Shown here piece by piece: positions 1-12,961 of a DNA stretch of 51,270 bases; positions within the stretch are counted from its first letter, which is position 1, and every line of letters begins with the position of its first letter. Source of the stretch: Octopus sinensis (Eukaryota). A model generated the notes under the pieces. It saw nothing but the letters and a program-made list of their open reading frames with translations, made no database searches and was not told where the DNA came from. The stretch is taken from the NCBI RefSeq assembly GCF_006345805.1, contig NW_021834593.1:1-51270 (forward strand). The letters run 5' to 3'. The translations under genes and the position numbers were made by a program.

Positions 1-190
1 ATATACATATTTATATACAACTATATATATGTATATGTATGAATATATACCATGTATGTACACATGTGTGTTTATGCTTGTGTGCATGTGTATTTGTATG
101 TACTTATACTTATATATATATATATATATCTACATACACATATACGTATATATATATACATATATATATACATATACTTATATAATATGT

Positions 191-239
<49 letters not shown>

Positions 240-800
240 ATGCATACATATATATATTTGCATATATATATATACATCTATATATATATATAGCATATAC
301 ACACATATATATATATATGTGTGTATGTGCACATATATATGCATATCTATATATCTATCTGTCTATCTATCTATCTATCCATCTATATGTCGATGTCTGT
401 CTGTCAGGCTGTCCGTCTAACTACTTGAGTGTTTCTCTGGGTAAGAGGACACGCCATCCAACAAACCAATCAGTCAACATACTATCGTTTCGCTGGCGTC
501 TATACATTCATATTATAACACACATTCACACAGACACGTGCACGTATACACACTCATGTCCACGATCTGCACACATACACACGCACGCACGCACGCACAT
601 ACATTCGCACGCAACACTGTCTTCGCTCTCTTACGTACATACATTTCCACACACTCACATCGTTCACACATATAGAATTATTTACCTGTGTGCTTAGTGA
701 AATTATGTAAATACGCCACGATATAAAGATATATATATATATATAATATACATACATGCAATACACACACATACTCTCATACAAATATGCGCACATTGTT
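1..800. repeat. Compound (TA)n/(TCTA)n/(CA)n microsatellite region
   Basis: Directly visible dinucleotide and tetranucleotide runs; the Y/I/H/T-rich ORFs here are artefacts. Confidence 0.95.
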
Positions 801-2424
801 TGTGTGCGTTAAAGTTTACGTGTATTTTACACATATTCATTTGTAGTACTCTTATCTACAAACATGGCCTTTAGTTCTCTACTTTTGTTTATACAATATA
901 GCTCGGCCCATTCTGGAGTACCACCTTCAGTGAGGTGAAGGACGGATGTACTCTATGCCTTGCTTCTACTGCACAGCGCGTTGTTTAAGTTTGTTTCCCG
1001 CCAGCTGCAGCGCTAGATAGTGAATCGTGAGTAGCTTGGTAGGGGTTACACTATCACCGCTAATATATCAACAGATGGGAGATGAATATTTCGAGATGAT
1101 TGTAAATAACGTATCCATGTTACATTGCCTTTAGATCCCAATAAAACACTGGTTACGATTTTTTCTTTCTTTTCATTCAGTGCTTTTTGAATGTACCAAA
1201 ATGGCGGGTTACCCCAAGCCACGAGAATAACTTTAGACGACGAAAGCTGTTTGGATGTTCGTCGGAAGAATTATATGTGATCTTGAAGAGTTCTGTTAAA
1301 CGTATACCTTGTCTAAATGAATGTGCTCAGAGTTGCTAGATTGGGTTAAATATATGTTTGTACAGATGTACAGATTTCTTTGTCTAAAGCGATCTTGAAT
1401 TGGACGAAGGTCTTTATATCTCACTGTGGTGGTTTGACATGCTAAAAATAGCAACTTATTATTTTGATAACCACATATAAGAATTTTTTTATAAGAAAAG
1501 AGCTATACATTGGGAGAGTATCGACTACAGGTCAACCGATGCATGGTGAGTGAATTAAGTAGACGCTAACCGCGCTGAAGCAAGAGGTATCTGCGAGTGT
1601 GTGTGTGCGTGTGTGCGAGTATGTGTGTGCGTGTGTGTGTTTGTGTGTGTGAGAGAGAGAGACTGTGTGTATTTATATGATGTTGATAAGTAATAATAGA
1701 TTGAATTGCTATTTTCTTTTGAAAATCTGACATTCCAATGTATTTATGCATTCGTGTACGTAACGATTACCGCGTAAGTGAAACATGTGTAGAAGATATG
1801 TAATTTATATTCTAACATAATATAAGATTAAAACTAATGTAATGAATTCTTTAGCGAGCAAACTCAACTTAAAGAATTTGGAAAGAGAGAAAAAGTGAGA
1901 AGGAACATTGCTTTGTCTTGTCTTTCTTCTGACCGCAGCTATGTAGTTCCCGAGAATTATTTAATTACAGAACAGAACTCGAGGATGAAGTTAAGAAATA
2001 TTATGTGGGGGTATTCACATCGTAGAACTCGGTAATAATCTGAAATCAAGCGTGAGAACCTCCGTCAGGATGTTAGAGGGTGCAGTCATCCCCCATCAAC
2101 CTAAACAGGGATGATAAAAAATAATGAGATGTAAAAATAAATCATCTTTTCATGAGAGGAATCCAAAAACATTAGAGGAATATGAGACTACAAAGATATA
2201 TGTACGCAAAGAAAGACGGATGCTTGAGTCAAACATGAATATATGTGTTTACACATTCAACTCTCTCACCCTTTTCTCCCCCTCTCATTACCTCTCTCTT
2301 CATCTCTCTCCTTCTCTCTCCCATGCTCTCTCTTTCTTTCTCTTTCTCTCTCGTTTTTCTACATATAGACACGGACATTTTAAAATTGCTATACTAGATA
2401 CATACATCAACATGCATATATATA

Positions 2425-2465
<41 letters not shown>

Positions 2466-2541
2466 TCTATTTGTCTGTCTGTCTGTTTATCCATCCATCC
2501 ATCCATCTATCTATCAATTTATCTATCAGTTTATCTGTTTG

Positions 2542-2595
<54 letters not shown>

Positions 2596-2809
2596 TAGCG
2601 CATCCAATTTGTTTACGCATACTCAAGCAGACTCGCAGATGCATCAACACACACACACACACAACATGCACACATATATAATCACACAGGGCTATGTGTG
2701 TGTGTGCGTGTGTGTGTGTGTGTGTGTAAAGAGAACGCATGCATTATTCTTTAATTTCTCCAAATCTGTAATGTATATAGTATACATACATATATACATA
2801 CATACAGAC

Positions 2810-2810
<1 letters not shown>

Positions 2811-2892
<82 letters not shown>

Positions 2893-2984
2893 GATAAATA
2901 GATAGATAGATAAATAGATAGATAGATAGATAGATAGTAGATAGATAGATAGATAAGATAGATAGATAGTAGATAGATAGATAG

Positions 2985-3061
<77 letters not shown>

Positions 3062-3148
3062 GATAAATCGGATAGATAGATAGTAGATAGATAGATAGAT
3101 AGAGATGATAGTAGATAATAGATAGTTGATAGATAGATAGATAGAAGA

Positions 3149-3181
<33 letters not shown>

Positions 3182-3208
3182 GATACAAAGATAGATAGAT
3201 AGATATAG
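2811..3208. repeat. (GATA)n tetranucleotide microsatellite
   Basis: About 400 bp of TAGA/GATA repeats. Confidence 0.97.
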
Positions 3209-3441
3209 TAATATGTATGGGCAAAATCCATGGAACAAGGTGTAGGAATTTAGTAAGCTTCAAGCAGTCCGTAGGAGGAATTTTAAAAAATCACCTTCCG
3301 GAACAGTGGTGGTTCATTGAGGAAGAGGGCTCTAAATTTTTTTCCATATGGAAATTCGATAAGGTGAAATGGCTATTTTATAATTCCCGGTTAACAAATG
3401 GGATTGCTCTGTATGCAAATAAAAATCCAAATTTAGTAGAT

Positions 3442-3833
3442 AAAAATCCAGGCTACACACGTTTCCTAGGTAGGAGAACCCTGGAAGTAATAATTACCCA
3501 AACGAAGGTTAATCCGTTACCTACTCATCAGGCCAAAGATACCTTAGTCAAATGAAGGTTCCATCGTCGTCAAGGGATCCCGTGTTAAATGAAGGGATCC
3601 AATGTTAACTTGCAGGAGATCGAAAACGTTTGCTTTGTCGCAGGAGGTTTGATCGAAAACAATGTTTTCGATCAAATCTCCTGCGATTTAACACAGTATC
3701 CCTTGAGGACGATGGAACCTTCATTTGACTAAGGTATCTTTGGCCTGTCGAGTAGCTAGCGGAGCACCCCACGTTTGACTAATTACTACTTCCGATGTTT
3801 TCACAGCTAGGGAACATAAGTAGACTGGATATT
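3442..3833. mobile_element. Foldback/MITE-like long palindrome
   Basis: Arm CAGGCCAAAGATACCTTAGTCAAATGAAGGTTCCATCGTC (about 3529) has its reverse complement ending about 3747; centre GATCGAAAAC-AAT-GTTTTCGATC at 3651-3673; more diverged outer arms. Confidence 0.7.
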
Positions 3834-4068
3834 AACAACTTTATTCCCGAAATTATTTATTATATATATATATATATAAAATTCAATTTAGAAATACTAA
3901 ATCAAATTTCACACAATATAATATATATATATATATATATATTGCTTCATTCGTTGACAGGAACGATGAGTTCAGATTCCTGAAATCTGTTCTCTGTCGA
4001 TAAGACCTTTTTATATCGATAAGGAATTCGTACTCTCTATATGTGACTCCTTGAAACTTTTTGTAACC

Positions 4069-4578
4069 CAGTGGTTCTCATCCCTTCTCTTTCAATGTAC
4101 CCCTTGGTTCCTATTTCAGTCGGATGGATCCTCATAACCATTTGATATTTAGAAAAGCATATTGTATTTTTGAGGCTGTGTGGTAAGAAGTTCGCTTCCC
4201 AACCACATGGTCCGGGGCTCAGTCCCACTGCTCAGTCCCACTTGGGCAAGTGTCTTCTAGTATAGCATCGGGCCGTCCAAAGACTTGTGAGTGGATTTGG
4301 CAAACGGAAACTGAAACAAGCCCATCGTATATATATATATCATCGTCCGTTTTTCCGTCACCGTGTTGTATACTTTCGAGGTTTTCTTCTAATGCGATTG
4401 GCTTAGATTTCCCTTGGTGGGCTGCCCAGATTGGAGCAATCTCAAGATTAATCAGCCGAAATTGCGAAGATGATCTGGTTCTTGACTGATGACTGAGAGT
4501 GTGTTTTTTTGTCGTCTTCTAAATGTTTCACGTTCTTGTCCCAGTTTGTGTTTTTTTAACGTTTACATATATATATAT

Positions 4579-4638
<60 letters not shown>

Positions 4639-4993
4639 TTTGCTTGTCTCCCCACCATCGCTTGACAACCGATGCTGGTGTGTTTATGTCCCCGTAACTT
4701 AGTGATCGGCAAAAGAAACCAATAGAATAAGTACTAGGCTTATAAAGAATAAGTCTTGTGGGTCGATTTCTTCGACTAAAAAAACTCTTTCAGGCGATGC
4801 TCCAGCATGGCCGCAGTCAAATGACTGAAAAGCGTAAAAGAATTTTTAAAATTAAAATATTAGGAATTGTATGAAAAAATTGTTGCAATACTTACTGTAT
4901 TATAGCAGTATAACCAATTTATAGTACATAAATTTTAAACAATTTTATATGGACTCCATCAAGGGTCATATAGACCCCGTTTAAAAACAACTG
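4069..4993. mobile_element. hAT/Charlie-like MITE, interrupted by a SINE
   Basis: Termini CAGTGGTTCTCA ... TTAAAAACAACTG resemble Charlie-type CAG-starting TIRs; the 8-bp flanks match only partly (TTGTAACC/TTTAAAGC). Confidence 0.5.
4173..4842 (+). mobile_element. tRNA-derived SINE family A, with an insert in its internal (TA)n
   Basis: Head GGCTGTGTGGTAAG...TCAGTCCCACTG, CORE-like CTTGGGCAAGTGTCTTCT, internal microsatellite, 3' part CGCTTGACAACCGATGCTGG...CAGTCAAATGACTGAAA; about 18 copies or fragments in the window. Confidence 0.9.
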
Positions 4994-5059
4994 TTTAAAG
5001 CCATACTGCTTAACGCAAGAAATACTCTAAATAATTTCTGGAGGACACGGGGCGGTTGC

Positions 5060-5935
5060 TGCATGTTAGTGCGTTCAGAAAACCCAGTCGAAAACTGTCA
5101 CACAATTGTAACCGTCTGGTCTGATCTGCAAGCCTCTTGTACTTCATCTCGGATCAGATATCTCTATACATCCCAGGATGTGTCTAAAATACTGTTTCAG
5201 TCTCCCACTAATTATAAAGTGCGGGATATTCTCAAAAACACTCGTGAAAACTTGAAAGGCTTCCCTAAGGTATTAATAGACAATTTTTATGCTTTTTAAG
5301 AATCAATGCAACGGAATTCTAGGAACGAGAATCTCAAAGCCAGCCCACTTTGCATTTTTGTGCATTTTCTATGGATCTAATGAGCTCTTTTTGCTTCCCG
5401 GTCTTGTGTCGGAGAAAAACACCCTCGTCAGAGGCTTTGGGTGTTGGTGGCACTGAGTATATGGCAATTTTCTTTTCTTCCGCTTTGGACAGCTTTGGGG
5501 TTAGGAGCAGCGCTGCTCTGAGGACAGCAGCAGTAGCAGCCATCCAAGAATTTGGACCTGGAGATTTCCATTTCCAGCGACTTCGAGGGCCACCTCCCAC
5601 TGGTGTCGGGCGTCAACGAAGAGCCCTCGACTACAACAAGACGACCAAGGTTCTTTTTTTTACCAAAGTCTGGGGTCCCCCGCCCCTAAGCCCTAGACCA
5701 TCACCTAATCACCCTTACCCGTCTTGTAGCTTAACAACAACAACAACAACAACAGCAGCAGCAGCAGAAGCAGACATGATTTGAACCTTTTTAACCTGCT
5801 GCTGTTGCTACCCTTTTCTGCCTTTGCTGCTGTGTGCCGCACTTGTTCCTTCTCCTTTCCTTTCTTTCCCATTGGTTCCTCTTCTTATGGACATATTTCA
5901 CTCAAGTAGCCTTTAGAAACCGACGATTTATTGAA
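5060..5935 (-). pseudogene. Tx1/L1-like LINE remnant: ORF1 C-terminal part plus APE endonuclease fragment
   Basis: Minus-strand translation gives a decayed zinc knuckle (KGYLSEICP, about 5890-5915), then RVFLRISRTL*LVGD*NSILDTSWD (GDxN motif, about 5169-5245) and RRLQLCDSFRLGFLNA; many stops and frameshifts. Confidence 0.65.
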
Positions 5936-5974
5936 GAACTTGTATTTAATAAAAGACTCTGGAAACAGGAAAAT

Positions 5975-7220
5975 TACTAGCTACGCCAAGTAACGATCGT
6001 CGACCCTGATAATCATTTAAACTAATCTAAATTTGTCAAACCCCCAAATAAGCCAAATATAAACCCGGCCTATTCTATGATGTACGACATGAGAAGGAAT
6101 CTCTCTTGGATAGACCCGCAAGGGATCTCATATGTCTGTACGTCACTGTCATACTACCGGCAGTGCGCATCAATTCTTGGCTAGTCCCTTGACCAAAATG
6201 TAATTAATGTTTAGCAGAATTAAGGCCAAAACTTGTCTTTTATTTTATGTTTACACGAGTCTTTTCTCAGCAATGTCATCACTCATTGACTCATACAGAG
6301 CTGAGAATGTTTCCAGTCTGCTGCTAGTTGTTGTTGACACCTGCCAAATCGCTATCAAACAGTTCTGGCATATTGCAATACAGGTTTTAGGATAAAGCAT
6401 TTAGCCCCGGCGATTTCTACTTCCCACGGGTAATTAACACATCCGCAATTTCAGTCGCAGAAACCGGATTTTAGTAGTAATTTAATTATTTTGTTGACGC
6501 AAAGCGTTGTGGTAAACCATTTTGGAAGGAATCAAACAAAGTCCACCACTCCCAGTCTATTGTTTCTCACAAACTGTTCGACAAAGTACTGTTGAAAAAC
6601 ATTTCTTTTTTTTTTTTTTTTTTTTTCAATAGTTGGGTCTGAAGAAGGGTCCATGTTTTTCGCAGAGTCCATTGCGCGGTCTGAAATATGGCTTAAAAGC
6701 CATGCTAGGGTTCTACCACTCGGGCCTTTCGAATGCTTTTTCACTTTCCCAGAGCTCGTGTCTGCCTAAACAATACATTTTTCGTGTTCTGTATCAAGTT
6801 AACGGGTAAGAAACTATATGATGCATTTTCTCTTCGACAATAGCCACATCCTTACTACAACTAACAGATTCTCTTCTATTTTCTTCTCTTTAATCAAGAC
6901 TTATTAGCTGTTATTTATAATTACATTCGTTAGTTCTCGCTAAATTTATTCGCTAGAACGTGTCATGAAAATAATCTTCGATCGGAAAGACAGCTTCATA
7001 TAGTTGCACTGTTCACGAATTTGTGGTCTGCGTATGCAAATATCAGAAACTATAAAGAGCTTATCCCACGCATAGCGGTCAGCCTATTGAAAACTCTATA
7101 AGTACTTGGACGTGCCTCGGCATTTGTCCAAGTCTACATAGGCGTATTCGGAAAATCCATATGATACAGTCCTAGCTTGTAGCTAATATATGATTCCAGC
7201 TACTTGCTAATACGTATGAG
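5975..7220 (-). pseudogene. Tx1/L1-like LINE ORF2 remnant (APE C-terminus through the N-terminal RT region)
   Basis: Ordered motifs on minus: DFPNTPM*TWTN, YADHKFV (about 7013-7034), VFQQYF, KSPGLNAL (about 6400-6416), VMTLLRKD, LLN..ILVKGLAK, QTYEIP, NLD*FK..RVDDRYLA (about 5985-6033). Confidence 0.85.
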
Positions 7221-7274
7221 TGATATGTTCGGTTTAAATAAAGGAAATGCTTAAGTGGTAAGTTGTTGAATGGA

Positions 7275-7935
7275 ACCCGAGAGGATAAAAAGCCAAGACG
7301 ACTTCAGCAGGATTCGAGCTCTAAACGTAATGGTTCGGAGCTGAATACTTTTGTACTCTAGGCACAAGGCTCGAAATTTTGGGAGAGGGGGGCCAGTCGA
7401 TTAGATCGACCCCAGTAAGCAACTGGTACTGAATTTATCGAGTCCAAAATGATAAAAGACAAAATCGATCTCGGCGGATTTTAAACCCAGAACGTTAAGA
7501 CGGACGAAATGCCGCTAAATAATTTTGTCCGGCGTGCTAACGGTTCTGGCCGGAAATTTTAGGGGAGTGGGACTAGTTGATTACATCCATCTCAGTACTC
7601 GACTGATACTTAATTTATCGACCCCCATACGGATGAAAGGCAAAACCAGCTTCGGTAGAATTTGAACTCAGAACGTAAAGACGGTCGAAATGGCGGTGTA
7701 CATTTTGTCCATTGTGCTAATGATTCTATAGCTCGGTGACTTTAAAAGTTTCAAATTTTAGCACAAGGCCAGCAATTCCGAGTGGGAAAAGCAAAACAAT
7801 TACATGGCCCCCAGTACATGACTGGTATTTATTTTATCCTTCTAGAATGGATGTAAGACAAAAGTAGAACTCAACAGGATTTGAACCCAGAACCTAAAGG
7901 ACCGGAAAAAATACTGCCAGGCATATTGTTCGACA
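7275..7935 (-). mobile_element. Cluster of 3-4 SINE family B copies
   Basis: Repeated GATCGACCCCAGT...TTTATCGACCCC...GATGAAAGGCAAA...GGAATTTGAACTCAGAACG modules; tRNA-like head on the minus strand. Confidence 0.85.
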
Positions 7936-8605
7936 ATAATAATAACTCTTTATTTATTAACAACATCACTTGAATAAAAAAGAAAGAAAGAAAGAAGAAA
8001 TAACAACAGCAACATCCTATTTAATACGGCCAATGCATAAATGACTTGCAATTGGAGCAGTGTTGCATGAGATGTAAGAGAGACACGATGGTGGAGGTGG
8101 AGGCAGAGGTGACGATGAAGAAAGGTGTTCGAAAAATTGTTCAGTCAGTCAAACCTGGCATATTAGAAGGGGTTAAAGACATAATTACCGACTTTTCGAC
8201 ACTTTCCACTTGTCACTATTGACTGTATAATGTGACAAAGTACATCCCCCGAATAGAGCACTGGACATAAACTAAACAAGAGAAAATTACGTAGAGCGAC
8301 AAACAGACCGACAGGCAAACAGACCGACCGACAGACAGGAACATAGACAGACGGACACCATCTCACACACACAGACACACACACTCATATATGTGTGTTT
8401 ACGCTTATGCATGTATGTATATGTGTGTAAACTGACACGCATATACGCAAAAAGTTTTAACACATATTTTAGTCAATCATTGTTTAATTACAACGAAATT
8501 AAAAGATAGGAACTAATCTTATCAGGCCGTCTGAGTCTTTTTTGATGGGAGGGGGGGATGGAGTAGACATCACACGGACAACGAGGGTGAGGGGTAAGGA
8601 ATATA

Positions 8606-8639
<34 letters not shown>

Positions 8640-8737
8640 GGATAAAGGAGGGATGTGTGGTTTCGATTCTCGTTGACAGCCTCAATCATCTGTCAGCTTG
8701 AATTTTCGGTATGGCGTAGTTGTAAAATGACGGACAA

Positions 8738-8753
8738 AATAGTAGTAGTAGTA

Positions 8754-8798
<45 letters not shown>

Positions 8799-9068
8799 GT
8801 AATAATAATAGTAGTAATAATAATGATAATAATAATGATGATAATAGTAATAATAATAATAGTAGTAGTAATAATATAATAATGATAATAGTAATGATAA
8901 TGAAAATAATAATAATAATAATAATAATAATAGTAATAATAATAATAATAATAGTAATAATAATAATGATAATAGTAATAACAATAATAGTATAATAATA
9001 ATGATAATAATAATAATAATAATAACAATAATAGTAATAATAATATAATAATAATAATAATAATAATA
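8738..9068. repeat. (AAT)n/(AGT)n trinucleotide microsatellite
   Basis: Directly visible. Confidence 0.97.
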
Positions 9069-9996
9069 AAACGGAAAGAAAAAAACACCATTGAGAAAAC
9101 AATGGAGGCAATGACTCAAGTCTTAACAAGGAGTTTTAAACTATGGTTGACACTTACTGGAGGTCCTTCGAAAAGCGGGCGGCGTGGTGGGTGGGTGGGT
9201 GGGTTTTTAGGGTGCACAAAATTACTTTCGTATTCGTTAAGGGTCACTCGACAGCATGGTAAATAATTATAGCTACTTACTGGGCCGAACTTTGGCCATA
9301 TTTATAATAAATGTGAGCTCTAAAAGAAATATTTTGTCTGTAACGTTTTCATCCATTTTGTTGTCCTTTTTTGTCGTACAGGTGCCATGTTTTTCCGTCT
9401 TTCTATATTTTTTTTTTGTGTTCCTGTTTGTTCACGGGATGTTGAACCGGAAATGGTCCATTTGTCAAATATGTATTATTATATATTATTATATTGTATA
9501 CACCTACCGGAAGGAATATTTCCGATTGTTTTTATAATATATATCAGAAATGATACAGACGTATATACCTGTTAGAATAATGGCTTATTCGATGCCACAC
9601 AGAATTATGATAGCTGTATGCGTTTGTGTACGTATGTATACGTATCAATATAGCGTCTGTCAAGCATATATACCTACGCCTTAGATCCTTGATTATATGT
9701 GTGCGTGTGTATGAATTATTACACACAGACGTACACTAGTAAAACTAGTTACAAAAATGCCAACACAATGATTTATATATATATATATGCACATACGCAC
9801 ATTATACATACATACGCATCCATCCATATATTATGTGTATGTGTATATAAATGCACTCATATATATAAATTTGTCTGTATATAATTATGTACATATATGT
9901 GTATATATATACATATATATACACACGCATACATGTACACATCCATCCTTATATTTTTTATATATGTATATAAATGCACTAATATATATATATATA

Positions 9997-10156
9997 GGCG
10001 CAGGAGTGGCTGTGTGGTAAGTAGCTTGCTTACCAATCACATGGTTCCGGGTTCACTTTGGACAAGTGTCTTCTACTATAGCCACGGGTCAACTAAAGTC
10101 TTGTGAGTGGATTTAGTAAACGGAAACTGAAAAAAAGCCCGTCGTAATATATATAC

Positions 10157-10192
<36 letters not shown>

Positions 10193-10430
10193 GCATGTAT
10201 GTATGTGTGCCTCGGTTTGTCCCTCCACCACCATCGCTTGACAACCGATGATGGTGTGTTTATGTCCCCGTATCCTAGCGGTTCGGCAAAAGAGACCAAT
10301 AGAATAAGTACTACGCTTACAAAGAACAATTTCTGTGGGGTCGATCTGCTCGACAAAAGGCGGTACCCCGGCATGGCCGCAGTAATATACTTGTCAAATG
10401 ACAAGTAAAAGAAAAAAAAGAATGAAAAAA
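9997..10430 (+). mobile_element. SINE family A, full length
   Basis: Starts GGCGCAGGAGTGGCTGTGTGGTAAG; inserted in (TA)n. Confidence 0.9.
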
Positions 10431-10528
10431 AGAATGTATATATATATAGAGAGATAGATAGATACATATATATATGTATATATATATATATATATATTTG
10501 TGTGTATGTATCTAAGTACGTATTTGTA

Positions 10529-10581
<53 letters not shown>

Positions 10582-10937
10582 ATGTATGTTTGTATATGTG
10601 TATATATAACGGGGGAAATGCTGTAGTGACGATATATTGATATATTAATGATGAAATAACATGAATGCGGATATGTCAAAAGAAGCGTTTTGTATAGGCT
10701 TCTAACTATATCGAAAATGAAGGCCAAGGAGAAGGCTGAGTCAAACAGGAAGTGGATAGATGTAAGCTACTACTTGTCAATAAAGAGAACAAGAAAGTCC
10801 TACTGGATCTACAACGGAAGTGGCCTTCACGTCACCAGGAACATGTTGTTCGTCTATCTGTTCGTCTCCATGCGTGTATCTACATATGTGCACATAAGTT
10901 TGTATATATTAGGTTGTATATGTATGTGCGTGGGAGG

Positions 10938-10975
<38 letters not shown>

Positions 10976-10986
10976 CTATGGTATAG

Positions 10987-11062
10987 TTTCCAATGAAAGA
11001 GACTTGTGTTTCCGGGTTGGAAACCGGCTCTTATTCTAAGAAAATATATAAATAGATTAAAC
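10987..11062 (+). mobile_element. 3' terminal fragment of the R4/Dong-like element
   Basis: TTCCAATGAAAGAGACTTG...GGTTGGAAACCGGCTCTT matches about 36192-36236, which lies downstream of the RLE C-terminus; followed by (CATA)n. Confidence 0.5.
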
Positions 11063-11434
11063 CTACATACATGAATTCGTTCATACGTACTACACATACA
11101 ACGTACATACATACATATATACATACATACATACATGCATACATACATACATACGTACATAGATACGTAATCACACACACATACGTACGTACACACATGC
11201 ATACAAACACTTATATACATACATTCCAACATACACACAGACATATATATATCCTACGTACAAGCATATATGTATAGACATTTGCCTGCATACGTATACA
11301 TGCATACATACATACATACATACATACATACATACATACATACATACATACATACATACATACATACATACATACATACGTATATGCATACGTGCATACT
11401 TATATATAGGTGTGAGTGCATTATCTAGGTGCGC

Positions 11435-11477
<43 letters not shown>

Positions 11478-11954
11478 ATATATATGTGTTTGTATATATA
11501 TATTTATTTTATGTATATATATATGATGCATATATATATTATGTATGTTATGTAAATATATATACGATGTGTATATATATATATATATATATATAAAGGA
11601 GGAGGAAATAGCACAGAGGTAAATCTAAGACCTTTCAATTTAAGAAAGAATTTAATAAAATGATTTAAATACTATATAAAGAAAATATTACCGGTTCCGA
11701 TCATGAATCTCATCTAAGCAAACATCAGTAAAAATTTATAAAAACTTGGAGTAAAAACAGTTTATCTTCTGTGAGTCAAAAACATGTCATATATATATCC
11801 TAGCAGCTCACCTGCTACGGGCCCGTGTCCCGTCCAGGTGGGAAGCCTATACGGCACTGAAACTGGAAAACCGGCTTTTATGAGCCAGGCATGATTCGAG
11901 AAGGAACAAACAACAATGACTTGTCAGCTTGCCGCTTTATTTCGAACAATAATA

Positions 11955-12172
11955 ATCCTTTCTACTATAAATTAAAGCCCTACCATTTTGGTAGCAAGAG
12001 CTAGTTGATTATATCGACACATTACTGCTCAGATGGTGCTTATTCTATCGGCCCTGAAACGATGGAAAGCAAAGCCTACCTCAGCGGAATTTGAACTCAG
12101 ATTATAAAGACGGACGAAATAACGTCAAGCATTTTGTCCGGCTTATTAATGATTCTGCCAGCTCGCCGCCTT
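11955..12172 (-). mobile_element. SINE family B
   Basis: Ends TTCTGCCAGCTCGCCGCCT (reverse complement of the tRNA-like head). Confidence 0.85.
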
Positions 12173-12194
12173 GATAGCAGCAACAACAACACCA

Positions 12195-12568
12195 GTGGAG
12201 GCGCAATGGCCTAGTGGTTAGGGCAGTGGACTCACGGTCGTAAGAGCGCGGTTTCGATTCCTAGACCGCGCATTGTGAGTGTTTATTGAGCAAAAACCCC
12301 TAAGCTCCAAGATACTCCCGCGAGGCTCCACGAGGCTCTCACTCTTTCTTCGTACTTCTGTTACAAAGCAGAGGGACCATGGTGTAACCCACTATGGTGT
12401 ACTAAACTTTCAGACCCTAGTCTAGATTGCGAATCCTCTATACCCCAGGATGGTTCAGCTCTCCACCCGTTAAAAGCAACCGTTTACGGAATGAGGATAA
12501 CAACATACCTTTCGCGTCCGCGCAACCGCCAGTCTATCGCGTGCGGGGGGGGGGTGGATCTTCAAGCT
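12195..12568 (+). mobile_element. tRNA-derived SINE family C (tail type 3)
   Basis: GTGGAGGCGCAATGGCCTAGTGGTTAGGGCAG (A box) ... GGTTTCGATTCC (B box); head shared with the 28340(-) and 43096(-) copies. Confidence 0.8.
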
Positions 12569-12586
12569 GTTGTTGTTGTTAATATT

Positions 12587-12630
<44 letters not shown>

Positions 12631-12689
12631 TATTATTATTATTATAAGAAGACAACAACAGCAACAATAACAACAGCAATAACAATAAT

Positions 12690-12914
12690 ACTTCCTACTA
12701 AAGCCACAAGGCCTGAAATTTTGAGGGAGGGGACTTGTTGATTACAACGACCCCAGTGTTTCAATGTACTTAATTTATCGACCCCAAATGATGAAAGGCA
12801 AAGTCTACCTCAGCGGAATTCGAACTCAGAACTCAGCGACGGGTAAAATAACGCTAAGCATTTCGACCAGCGTGCTAACGATTCTGCCAGCTCGCCGCCT
12901 AAATAATAATAATA

Positions 12915-12961
<47 letters not shown>

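Noticed and set aside
870-930. YNIARPILEY resembling a CR1/L2 RT C-terminal motif
   Set aside because: A single short motif with no flanking support.
5350-5784. 144-aa plus-strand ORF as a host gene
   Set aside because: It lies antisense to the inferred LINE ORF1 remnant and has no recognisable domain.
5980-7160. Minus-strand frames with long runs of TAA/TAG-only stops, suggesting a ciliate-type genetic code
   Set aside because: The region resolves into Tx1/L1 ORF2 motifs spread across several frames, so the stops are pseudogene decay; codon usage is not ciliate-like.
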